Position numbers and translations under genes: made by a program. This document shows positions 41,223 to 50,746 of a stretch of DNA of 52,536 bases, one piece after another. The first letter of the stretch is position 1. Every line of letters begins with the position of its first letter. The stretch lies in sequence record DRR723986_1364; one strand, given 5' to 3'. The notes below the pieces were generated by a model, which had not been told where the DNA came from, did no database searches, and worked only from the letters and a program-made list of their open reading frames with translations.

Positions 41223-43313
41223 ATGAATAATAATTACACCTTACACTTATTAGATCTAACCGTTTCAGGTGATGTAGATAGTTATATCGAAGCCTTAAAT
41301 GTCTTTCAAGAAGAGAATCCTTATTATAAATTAGATTTTATCAATACTTTTTCTTCAGGCTTAACTAATTGTAAGGCCTTTATCTTAAAAGATAGTAACA
41401 ATGCACCGTTAGTTTTAATGCCTTTTTATTATAAACCCATTGATGGATACATTGAGAATGTCACTTATTACGATGTAAAATCTACTTATGGCTACAGCGG
41501 ACCGTTATTTGAAAAGAGCATTGATAATGAAATTATTGAATCATTCTGGAAATTAGTCGATGACTGGTATTTAAATAATAACGTTGCTTCAGAATTTATA
41601 AGGTTTGGGTTAAACGGAAATTATAATGGCTATTCTGGCAATCTAAAAGAAACATTACATAATATAAAAGGTAAGCTTTCGGAAGAGTCGGAAATTATTG
41701 AAAATTATGACAGAAAAGTTCGAAAAAATATAAAAAAAGCTCAACGAGAAGAAATTACTGTAAATGTATTTTACAATAATATATCCACAGCAATTGTAGA
41801 TGTTTTCTATGACATTTATCTTGATACAATGCAAAGAAAAAATGCAAAGGATAAATTCTATTTCAGTAAAGATAAAGTTTTAGAGTTTGTCAGTAAACAT
41901 CCAGAAAACAGTGCAATTGCAGTAGCTTATCACAATAACAACCCTGTAGCTTCAGAACTCATTTTGTGTTCCAATTCAGAGATTTATTCGTTCATTGGAG
42001 GAACGAAATCGGAATATTTTGATAAAAGACCAAATGACTTATTAAAACATAAAATTATACTATGGGCCAATAAAATGGGATTTCAAAACTTTATCCTAGG
42101 TGGTGGATATGGTAGTGATGATGGCATTTTTAAATATAAAAGATCGTTTTTTCCAAATGGTGTAGTTACCTATTTTACAGGCAGAAAAGTAATTAATAAA
42201 GAAATATATAAATCATTGATTATGTCAAAATTAGGAACGGATAATTCTATTGATCCTATGGCAGATTATTTCCCTCAATATCACTCAATGAACGCAGACC
42301 ATAAAGGTGAAATTAAGGAGATAACATCAAAAGAAGAATGGGCAAAAGCATTAGACAAAGTAGATAGTTATGATTTTTATCACACTTTTGATTATCACAA
42401 TATCTCTTGCGGAGAAAATGAAACTCCTCTACTACTAAGCTACGAAACAAAGGGCATAACAATTTTACTACCACTTGTGTTAAGATCAATTCCCAATACC
42501 AATTATTTCGATTTTACATCAGTATATGGATATGCTGGGCCACTTAGCAATACCGTTGACCTAGAAGTGGCTGAAAAAGTTAAGTTTCAAGAAGTATTTT
42601 ACGACTATTTGTTAGAGAAAAAAATTGTTTCTGTCTTTAGTAGACTACACCCATATATAGAGCAAAAACAGGTCATAGGTGGTTTAGGTGAGATTATTGA
42701 ATTAGGAAATGTGGTAAATATTGATGTTACCATGCCATTAGAAGAATCTAGAAGAGCTTATAGTAAATCTAATAAAAACCAAATAAATAAACTACGACGT
42801 CAGTGTGAGGTTGTAATGGCAGAAACTAAAGAGGATATTCTCGAGTTTGTCGATATTTATTACGAAAACATGAAACGTCTAAATGCTGCTGACCACTATT
42901 ATTTTAATAAGTCCTATTTTCTAAAATTTATGGAGATTTCAGATTTTCAGACTGATATCTTGTTGGTTAGAGATAAAGAATCTCAAAAGTATATAGCCGG
43001 TTCTATGTTTGTAAAAACCAAGGACATTGTACAATTTCACTTATCTGGCACACGCACTGATTATTTAAGGTTAAAACCTTCAAAATTATTTTTAGACGAA
43101 ATGAGGGTTAGAGCACACAAGCAAGGCTATAAAATTTTTAACTTAGGCGGTGGATTAGGTGGTGAAAAAGATTCCTTATTTGAATTTAAGGCGTCATTTT
43201 CAAAAGACTTCAGAACATTTAAAATTTGGAAATACATAGTAAATGAAGAGGTTTACAATCATCTTTCTAAAGATAAAATTGACAACGACTATTTTCCTAA
43301 ATACAGAGCTTAA
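41223..43313 (+). CDS. Tandem two-domain GNAT/FemAB-like acyl- or aminoacyl-transferase
   Basis: Two homologous halves, each with YGY(S/A)GPL, LGGG.G, FK(Y/F)K.SF-like and DYFP.Y motifs. Confidence 0.75.
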   Translation: MNNNYTLHLLDLTVSGDVDSYIEALNVFQEENPYYKLDFINTFSSGLTNCKAFILKDSNNAPLVLMPFYYKPIDGYIENVTYYDVKSTYGYSGPLFEKSIDNEIIESFWKLVDDWYLNNNVASEFIRFGLNGNYNGYSGNLKETLHNIKGKLSEESEIIENYDRKVRKNIKKAQREEITVNVFYNNISTAIVDVFYDIYLDTMQRKNAKDKFYFSKDKVLEFVSKHPENSAIAVAYHNNNPVASELILCSNSEIYSFIGGTKSEYFDKRPNDLLKHKIILWANKMGFQNFILGGGYGSDDGIFKYKRSFFPNGVVTYFTGRKVINKEIYKSLIMSKLGTDNSIDPMADYFPQYHSMNADHKGEIKEITSKEEWAKALDKVDSYDFYHTFDYHNISCGENETPLLLSYETKGITILLPLVLRSIPNTNYFDFTSVYGYAGPLSNTVDLEVAEKVKFQEVFYDYLLEKKIVSVFSRLHPYIEQKQVIGGLGEIIELGNVVNIDVTMPLEESRRAYSKSNKNQINKLRRQCEVVMAETKEDILEFVDIYYENMKRLNAADHYYFNKSYFLKFMEISDFQTDILLVRDKESQKYIAGSMFVKTKDIVQFHLSGTRTDYLRLKPSKLFLDEMRVRAHKQGYKIFNLGGGLGGEKDSLFEFKASFSKDFRTFKIWKYIVNEEVYNHLSKDKIDNDYFPKYRA

Positions 43314-44294
43314 ATGAACGAAGGGAAATTTGTAATATCACTAGATTTTGAATTGCACTGGGGTTTTTTTGACAATAAAACCTTAGATGAGAGTAGAACT
43401 CAATTATCTATTGTGCACAATGTAATTAATAAACTTCTTAAGTTATGTAGTCAATATAATATTGGTATTACTTTCGCTACTGTTGGGATGCTATTTGCTG
43501 AAAATAAAACAGAAGTCAATTCATTTCTTCCAAAACGAAAACCAAAATATAAAAATAGTTTACTTGATGCTTACGAATTATTAGAGCAAATTAAGCCCAA
43601 AGATGAAGCTTTCTATTTTGCCAAATCATTGGTAAAAGCTATTGCTAGCCAGCCACTACACGAAATAGGTACACATACCTTTAGCCACTATTATTGCCAC
43701 GAAAATGGCCAAGATGTTAATGATTTTAAAGAAGATATAAATTCTGCCATTCAAATAAGTAAATCAGTTAATACTAAAATTTCAAGTATAGTTTTTCCAA
43801 GAAATCAGTCACTGCCAGAATATATAAAAGTTTGTGAAGATTTAGGCATTTCTACCTATCGCGGAAATTGCTGGTTTAATTTTAATAATGATTCCAGACA
43901 AATTCAATTTAAAGAATATGCAATGATGGCTTGTAGGGTTTTAGATTCATATATAAATATTTCTGGTCAAAACACTTATAAAATTCAAGATTACAATTCT
44001 AAAAAGACTGGAATAATTAATATACCAGCAAGTCGCTTTCTAAGACCATTTAATGAAAAATTAAAATCCTTAGAACGTCTTAAAATAAAACGTATTAAAA
44101 AGTCAATGACCAAAGCTGCGAAGAATAATGAAGTGTTTCATTTATGGTTTCATCCTCATAATTTCGCTAATAATTTTGATGAAAATTTTGAAAATTTAGA
44201 AGCCATTTTTAAACATTATAAATTTTTAAATGAACGTTATAATTTTGATAGCATAACTATGTCAAATCTGGCCAACCAATTCGCAAATTCTTAA
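43314..44294 (+). CDS. Polysaccharide deacetylase (CE4-like)
   Basis: ISLDFELHWG, EIGTHTFSH, VFPRN and HLWFHPHNF motifs. Confidence 0.85.
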   Translation: MNEGKFVISLDFELHWGFFDNKTLDESRTQLSIVHNVINKLLKLCSQYNIGITFATVGMLFAENKTEVNSFLPKRKPKYKNSLLDAYELLEQIKPKDEAFYFAKSLVKAIASQPLHEIGTHTFSHYYCHENGQDVNDFKEDINSAIQISKSVNTKISSIVFPRNQSLPEYIKVCEDLGISTYRGNCWFNFNNDSRQIQFKEYAMMACRVLDSYINISGQNTYKIQDYNSKKTGIINIPASRFLRPFNEKLKSLERLKIKRIKKSMTKAAKNNEVFHLWFHPHNFANNFDENFENLEAIFKHYKFLNERYNFDSITMSNLANQFANS

Positions 44295-44499
44295 TACTTT
44301 ATATCTGATTTTTTAGCGTTTAATATATCCTATATCTTTATATGTCGTTAAAACTAAACCGTTTGTCGTAATAATTAATAATTGTTTCATTCTTTAATTT
44401 AATACATCATATATTAGCATCAACGAGCTATTAATTTATTAGGTCCCAAACACCCTAAATTAAAAATAATCCTTTAGGCCAAAACTTAAAGAATAACCT

Positions 44500-45624
44500 A
44501 TGAACCAAAAAATATGGTTGTCTTCGCCGCATATGAGTGGCAAAGAACAATTCTACATAAAAGATGCATTCGACTCTAATTGGGTAGCACCTCTTGGTCC
44601 TAATGTTAATGGTTTTGAAAGTGACCTTCAATCTTATTTAAAAGATGATATTCACGTCGCTGCTTTAGCTTCTGGTACATCAGCATTACATTTAAGTTTA
44701 ATACTTCTCAATGTTTCTTATGGAGATGAAGTTATTTGTCAAAGTAAAACATTTTCTGCTTCAGCAAATCCAATAGTATATCTTGGTGCAACTCCAGTTT
44801 TTGTGGATAGTGAAATAGACACCTGGAATATTTGCCCAGAACAATTAGAGATTGCCATAAAAGATAGAATTGCAAAAGGAAAAAAACCAAAAGCTATTAT
44901 TGCAGTGCATTTATATGGTATGCCTTATAAGGTTAATGAAGTTAGAGCGGTTGCAGATAAATATAGTATTCCAATAATTGAAGATAGTGCAGAATCCTTA
45001 GGTGGTACATATTATGATAAGAAATGCGGCACTTTTGGAGATATATCGATTTTATCCTTTAACGGCAATAAAATAATTACCACTTCAGGTGGTGGAGCTT
45101 TAGTTGCTCGAAGTGAGGCGTTAAAAAACAAAGCAGTTTTCCTAGCAACACAGGCAAGAGATAACGCTCCACATTATCAACACTCTCATATAGGTTATAA
45201 TTACAGAATGTCAAATATTGTAGCAGGTATTGGCCGAGGCCAAATGACAATTTTAGATAATCATGTTGCAAAACGAAGAGCTAATCATGCGTTTTATAAA
45301 GAAACCTTTATCAATAACGATTCTATTTCATTTTTAGAAGAACCTATAGGTTACTTTTCAAACAGATGGCTTACATGTATTCTTTTGCCTTCTTATAAAA
45401 TAAGAGAAGAGCTAAGATTAGCATTAGAGAAAGAAAATATTGAATCCAGACCACTTTGGAAACCAATGCATCAACAACCAATTTTTAAAGATGCACCAAT
45501 GTATAAAAATGGTGTGTCTGATGATTTATTTGAGCGTGGATTATGCCTTCCTAGTGGTTCTAACCTTACTGATAACGAATTGAATAGAGTGATTTCAACC
45601 ATAAAAACGTATTTTGCAGAATGA
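44500..45624 (+). CDS. DegT/DnrJ sugar aminotransferase (PglE-like)
   Basis: LSSPHM, SGTSALHL, EDSAE, SFNGNKIITTSGGG and RPLWKPMH motifs. Confidence 0.93.
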   Translation: MNQKIWLSSPHMSGKEQFYIKDAFDSNWVAPLGPNVNGFESDLQSYLKDDIHVAALASGTSALHLSLILLNVSYGDEVICQSKTFSASANPIVYLGATPVFVDSEIDTWNICPEQLEIAIKDRIAKGKKPKAIIAVHLYGMPYKVNEVRAVADKYSIPIIEDSAESLGGTYYDKKCGTFGDISILSFNGNKIITTSGGGALVARSEALKNKAVFLATQARDNAPHYQHSHIGYNYRMSNIVAGIGRGQMTILDNHVAKRRANHAFYKETFINNDSISFLEEPIGYFSNRWLTCILLPSYKIREELRLALEKENIESRPLWKPMHQQPIFKDAPMYKNGVSDDLFERGLCLPSGSNLTDNELNRVISTIKTYFAE

Positions 45625-47516
45625 TTGTGAAGTTTCTACATAAAATTTCTCAGAAATATGCGTCGAAATGGCTAGTATTATTATTTGATGTCTCAATCAT
45701 ACTTGTCGCATTCTTTTTTGCCTATCTCATTCGTTTCAACTTTAAGTTTGATTTTGATATTTATGTACTTCTAGAACAATTACCATATGTGGCTGTTGTT
45801 TCTATCATTAGCTTACTTTCAGTAGGTTCTTATAAAGGTGTGGTACGTTTTACAGGATTTAAAGATATCGTAAACCTAATAATTGGAGCCAACATAATAG
45901 CTACGATTTTAATATGCGTAACCTTTGCCAGTAGGAAGTATAGTGCAGAAGAAAGTATTTTTAATATTTCGGGATCAATAATTTATATTCATTTATTACT
46001 GAATATTCTTTTCTTGATAGGTGCTAAATTATTTATCAAATCACTTTATAATTACATCACACAAGATTTTACAACAATTTCAAATGTATTAATATTTGGT
46101 GCCGGAAACTCAGGTATGTTAACCTACGACGCCATAAAAAATGATACTAAAAATGGATTAGAGGTTGTTGGATTTATAGATGATGATGATCGAAAAATTG
46201 GCAAGAAGATAAACTTAGTTAAGGTTTACAATATTTCAGCCATAGACGAAGCTTTTATTAAAAAGAACAATGTTGAGGATGTTATTATTTCAATACAAAA
46301 CATTGATCCAGCCAGATTATTACAAATAACTGGAAGTCTTTTTACACTTGGCCTTAAAGTCAAGATTGTTCCACCAGTTCAAAGCTGGATTGATGGTGAT
46401 CTTAGCGTCGGACAAATTAAGGAGGTTAAAATTGAAGATTTATTAGGTAGAGATCCTATTAATATTAAGACTCCAGATTTAGAGGAACAATACGATAATA
46501 AAGTTATCCTAATTACTGGAGCTGCAGGCTCTATTGGTAGCAAAATTTGCAGAAAAGTAAGTTTATATAATTACAAAAAACTTATCCTAGTTGATAATGC
46601 AGAATCAGCTTTATATGACATACAACAAGAATTCAAACAGCAAGGGCTCACCAATATAGATGCTATTGTTGCCGATGTTAGAAACAAAACAAGAATAGAT
46701 CAGATATTTAATCAATATAAACCTAAAATTGTATTCCATGCAGCTGCCTACAAACATGTTCCTTTAATGGAAAATAATCCTTTTGAGGCCGTTAGTGTTA
46801 ATATTGGAGGTACTAAGAATGTTGCAGATATATCCGTTAAACATAGTGTAGATAAATTTGTTTTAATTTCAACAGACAAGGCTGTGAACCCTACAAATGT
46901 TATGGGTGCCACTAAACGAATAGCAGAATTGTATGTGACATGTTTAAAAGGAAAAGACAATACCAAATTTATTACTACAAGGTTTGGTAATGTGTTAGGG
47001 TCTAATGGTTCCGTTATACCTTTATTTAAAAAGCAGATAGAAAAAGGCGGTCCATTAACAGTTACTCATAAGGAGATTACAAGGTATTTTATGACTATAC
47101 CTGAAGCGTGTCAGTTAGTATTAGAGGCGGCCGCAATGGGTAATGGAGGAGAAATTTTTGTGTTTGATATGGGAGAACCAATTAAGATTTTTAATCTTGC
47201 AAAAAATATGATTATTTTGTCTGGTCTGCGCTATCCAGAAGATATTGATATCAAAATCACCGGATTAAGACCAGGTGAAAAGATTTATGAAGAGTTATTA
47301 GCCGATGGTGAGAACACTAAGAAAACCTATCACGAAAAAATAATGATTGCTAAATCTCGACATTTTGATATAGAAAAAGTAGAAAACCAAATCAATAAGT
47401 TAACAGTAATAAAAACCTTAACTCAGCCTTTAGAAATTGTTTCCTCAATCAAAGCTTTAATTCCAGAATATATTTCTAATAATTCTACATATGAAGTATT
47501 AGATACAAAAAAATAA
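45621..47516 (+). CDS. Membrane-bound UDP-GlcNAc 4,6-dehydratase (PglF/CapD-like)
   Basis: Four N-terminal TM helices; TGAAGSIGS, HAAAYKHVP, STDKAVNP, RFGNVLGS and GLRPGEK motifs. Confidence 0.93.
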   Translation: MIVKFLHKISQKYASKWLVLLFDVSIILVAFFFAYLIRFNFKFDFDIYVLLEQLPYVAVVSIISLLSVGSYKGVVRFTGFKDIVNLIIGANIIATILICVTFASRKYSAEESIFNISGSIIYIHLLLNILFLIGAKLFIKSLYNYITQDFTTISNVLIFGAGNSGMLTYDAIKNDTKNGLEVVGFIDDDDRKIGKKINLVKVYNISAIDEAFIKKNNVEDVIISIQNIDPARLLQITGSLFTLGLKVKIVPPVQSWIDGDLSVGQIKEVKIEDLLGRDPINIKTPDLEEQYDNKVILITGAAGSIGSKICRKVSLYNYKKLILVDNAESALYDIQQEFKQQGLTNIDAIVADVRNKTRIDQIFNQYKPKIVFHAAAYKHVPLMENNPFEAVSVNIGGTKNVADISVKHSVDKFVLISTDKAVNPTNVMGATKRIAELYVTCLKGKDNTKFITTRFGNVLGSNGSVIPLFKKQIEKGGPLTVTHKEITRYFMTIPEACQLVLEAAAMGNGGEIFVFDMGEPIKIFNLAKNMIILSGLRYPEDIDIKITGLRPGEKIYEELLADGENTKKTYHEKIMIAKSRHFDIEKVENQINKLTVIKTLTQPLEIVSSIKALIPEYISNNSTYEVLDTKK

Positions 47517-47545
47517 ATCCCCAATTATAACTAAATAACAATCAA

Positions 47546-48322
47546 ATGAAAACGCGTTTACTATTAGTCTCAATCTTAGTTCTTATTTTATCAACATCTT
47601 GTGCTTCGCGTAAAGACTTAGTTTATTTTCAAGATGAATTAGTTGAAGACAATCAAATGGCATCAGAACCAAAACAATTAATCTATAAAACAGATGATAT
47701 TTTAACCATTAATGTATCAGCTTTAGATCCTGACACCGTAAAACCATTCAATCTACCTGTAGTTTCTAACAACTCAAATAATTTAATAGCAGCTCAAGGA
47801 AATATTCAAATTCAAACGTATTTGGTAGATTATAACGGTAATATTGAGTTTCCTGTTTTAGGGACAATAAAAGTAGCAGGTATGACGCGTACAGAACTTA
47901 CTAAGCTTTTAACTGAGCGCATAAGCACAATGGCAAAAGATCCTATTGTTAATGTTAGGCTCGCAAATTTTACAGTTACAATAATTGGTGAAGTCTCAAG
48001 ACCAGGAACCTTTACTATACAAGATGAACGAATTACATTATTAGAAGCCTTAGGTTTGGCTAATGATCTTACTATATTTGGTAGTCGTAAAAATGTTATG
48101 TTAATAAGAGAAGTTGATGGTGTAAAAAAGTTTTCTAAAATAGATTTAACTTCTATTAACGCTATTAATTCTCCTGCGTATTATTTACAACAAAATGATG
48201 TTATTTACGTCGAGCCAAATAACGCAAGGATAAGACAATCTACTTATAACCAGAATAATAGTGTACTAATCTCTGCAATTGGAACATTAACCACAATCTT
48301 AGCTGTATTCCTAATACGCTAA
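47546..48322 (+). CDS. wza: Polysaccharide export outer-membrane lipoprotein
   Basis: Lipobox STSC; G.IEFPVLG.I.VAG and GEV..PG SLBB motifs; C-terminal helix. Confidence 0.88.
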   Translation: MKTRLLLVSILVLILSTSCASRKDLVYFQDELVEDNQMASEPKQLIYKTDDILTINVSALDPDTVKPFNLPVVSNNSNNLIAAQGNIQIQTYLVDYNGNIEFPVLGTIKVAGMTRTELTKLLTERISTMAKDPIVNVRLANFTVTIIGEVSRPGTFTIQDERITLLEALGLANDLTIFGSRKNVMLIREVDGVKKFSKIDLTSINAINSPAYYLQQNDVIYVEPNNARIRQSTYNQNNSVLISAIGTLTTILAVFLIR

Positions 48323-48345
48323 TTAATAATTTATATGTTTTTAAT

Positions 48346-50724
48346 ATGGAATCAAAAGTTGCATCAAAATCTAATGAATTAAGAAAAAAGTACGATTTAT
48401 TTCTCTCTAAATGGAAGTTAATCGTGGCTTGCTTAGTAATATCATTAGCTTTAGGCTATACCTATCTAAGGTATGCTACCTACCAGTATAAAGCAGTTGC
48501 AACTATTAAGATTAAAGACGAAAGACAATCTAAAAAATTACCTGGTATTGAAGAAATTCAAAGTCAAGGCTTGTTTTCTGATGGTACCAACAAAATAATT
48601 GATGAAATAAAAACTATAAGATCTAGGACCTTAATCGCAAATGTAGTTAAGCAATTAAAACTCAATATTCAGTTTTTTGAAGAAGGTAAAATTAAAGAAC
48701 AAGAACTTTATAAGAATCCACCTATAGAACTTAGTTTTTTCGCGAGTGATTCCATAATTCATAAAGTAGATACTACATTATACATTAAAATAAAGTCTGA
48801 AACAGAGTTCTTAATGTTTAAAAATGATGGTAAAACATTATTAGAGCGCGACGAAACTGATGCTAAATCGTTTTCTTTTGGAGATAGAATAAAAACCGGC
48901 TTTGGAGATATTGTTTTAGTTCCAAATGTTGGTGTGTTTTCACCAAAAATTGGCAGTAACATTAGAATATCTATAGGGAATGTTAGTTCTATTGTTGGTA
49001 TGTATCAGAATAGTATTAAAATGGCTACTGATAAAGGATCTAGTGTAATTACATTAGAGCTAAATCAAAGTATACCTGAAAAGGCAATAGATATTTTAAA
49101 CCAACTCATTAGAGAATACAACAAAGATGTTATTAGAGATAAGAAAGACGTTGTTAAGGTCACCTCGGATTTTATAAATAACAGATTACAAATTATATTT
49201 CAAGAACTTGAAGAAGTAGATTTTACAGCAGAGCAAATTCAGAAAAAGAATAAACTAACTGCTCTTGGAACACAGGCTGATATTTACTTACAAGCAGAAA
49301 AACAAAATGACGCACAAATAACCAACGTTGCCAATAAGATTCAGCTTATAGATTTTCTGAGTGAAGAATTGAACCAAAATAATAAATCGTCAGACTTATT
49401 ACCAGCGGATATAGGCATTGGTGACCCAAACATAGCTCAAGTAACAAAAAGTCATAATGAGCTTGTAGCTCAACGTGATCGTATTCTTAGAAATTCTAGT
49501 GAAAGTAACCCTGTTGTTATTAACCTTAACAACCAGATAGATGCTTTAAAAGTTAACTTAGAAAACTCTTTACAGAATATGAAGCGTACCAATGAAATTA
49601 CATTGAATACGTTAAATCGGGAAGATGCCAGAATTAGAGGACAATTATATACAGCGCCAACAAAAGCAAAAGAATTAAGAAGCATTGAACGTCAACAAGG
49701 TATAAAGGAATCCTTATACTTATACTTATTGGAGAAAAGAGAAGAATCAGCGATTAGACTGGGAATGTTTTCTCCTAATGCAAAAATAATTGATAAGGCC
49801 TACTCCTCTTTTGAAGCGGTTGCACCGAATAAAATGTTTACTTATATCGCAGCATTTTTATTAGGACTAGCTATACCTTTCGGGTTTATTTTTATTCTGG
49901 ATTTATTAGACACGAAGATTTACGATAAAGAAGACTTACAAGATATTCTAGACGTACCATATTTAGGCGATGTTCCTAGAACCAGTAAAAAGAAACAATT
50001 GGTAAAAAAGGTAGATTACTCCCCAAAAGCTGAAGCGTTTAGAATTATTCGTTCTAATATAGATTTTATGCTTAAAGGGTTAGACAAAAGAACAAAAAAG
50101 CTATTTGTAACATCTACTAGACCTCAAGAAGGTAAATCGCATACAAGTACAAATTTGGCGATGTCAATTGCCTATTCAGAAAAATCGGTATTGTTAATAG
50201 AAATGGATATTAGAGTTCCTAAGATTATGGATTATCTAAATCTTAAACCAAAATCTGAAAAGGGACTTTCTGATTATATTGTTGATAAATCCTTAAAGAC
50301 TAATCATATAATAACAAAGCATAAAGATAATCCCTACTTGGACATTATTCCATCAGGTACAATACCTCCAAATCCTTCTGAATTACTGATGAGCGATAGA
50401 GTTGGTGAGTTATTTAAGGAGTTAGAGGTGCAATATGATTATATTATTGCAGATACTTCAGCTGTTGGTATAGTAAGTGATACCTTATTAATATCGAAAT
50501 ACGCAGACATGTTTATTTATGTTGTAAGTGCAGAAGATATTGATAAAAGAGAATTAGTAGCTGTCGCTAAAACTATGTACGAAGACAAGCGACTACCACA
50601 AATGACAATACTACTTAATGGTACCAAACGAGGTAGAAAAGGCTACGGTTATGGTTACGGTTATGGCAACAATCCTACCAGAAATAAAAAATGGTATGAT
50701 ATTTTTTCTAAGAAAAAAGCCTAA
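48346..50724 (+). CDS. wzc: Polysaccharide co-polymerase/BY-kinase
   Basis: Two TM helices, coiled coil, EAFRIIRSN, Walker A EGKS, PPNPSELL and C-terminal GYGYGYGYG tyrosine cluster. Confidence 0.92.
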   Translation: MESKVASKSNELRKKYDLFLSKWKLIVACLVISLALGYTYLRYATYQYKAVATIKIKDERQSKKLPGIEEIQSQGLFSDGTNKIIDEIKTIRSRTLIANVVKQLKLNIQFFEEGKIKEQELYKNPPIELSFFASDSIIHKVDTTLYIKIKSETEFLMFKNDGKTLLERDETDAKSFSFGDRIKTGFGDIVLVPNVGVFSPKIGSNIRISIGNVSSIVGMYQNSIKMATDKGSSVITLELNQSIPEKAIDILNQLIREYNKDVIRDKKDVVKVTSDFINNRLQIIFQELEEVDFTAEQIQKKNKLTALGTQADIYLQAEKQNDAQITNVANKIQLIDFLSEELNQNNKSSDLLPADIGIGDPNIAQVTKSHNELVAQRDRILRNSSESNPVVINLNNQIDALKVNLENSLQNMKRTNEITLNTLNREDARIRGQLYTAPTKAKELRSIERQQGIKESLYLYLLEKREESAIRLGMFSPNAKIIDKAYSSFEAVAPNKMFTYIAAFLLGLAIPFGFIFILDLLDTKIYDKEDLQDILDVPYLGDVPRTSKKKQLVKKVDYSPKAEAFRIIRSNIDFMLKGLDKRTKKLFVTSTRPQEGKSHTSTNLAMSIAYSEKSVLLIEMDIRVPKIMDYLNLKPKSEKGLSDYIVDKSLKTNHIITKHKDNPYLDIIPSGTIPPNPSELLMSDRVGELFKELEVQYDYIIADTSAVGIVSDTLLISKYADMFIYVVSAEDIDKRELVAVAKTMYEDKRLPQMTILLNGTKRGRKGYGYGYGYGNNPTRNKKWYDIFSKKKA

Positions 50725-50746
50725 AAATCTGTAGAAAATTAAAGTT

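Noticed and set aside
1479-49685. Many 60-105 aa antisense ORFs in the track (e.g. 5926-6240, 22420-22734, 29089-29334, 37111-37365)
   Set aside because: They lie opposite well-supported genes and have no motifs; they are expected shadow frames.
50641-50667. GG(C/T)TA(C/T) short tandem repeat as a phase-variation tract
   Set aside because: It encodes the normal Wzc GYGYGYGYG tyrosine cluster and uses mixed codons.
47546-50724. No Wzb/CpsB phosphatase next to wza-wzc
   Set aside because: It is often encoded elsewhere in the genome; this cannot be judged from the window.
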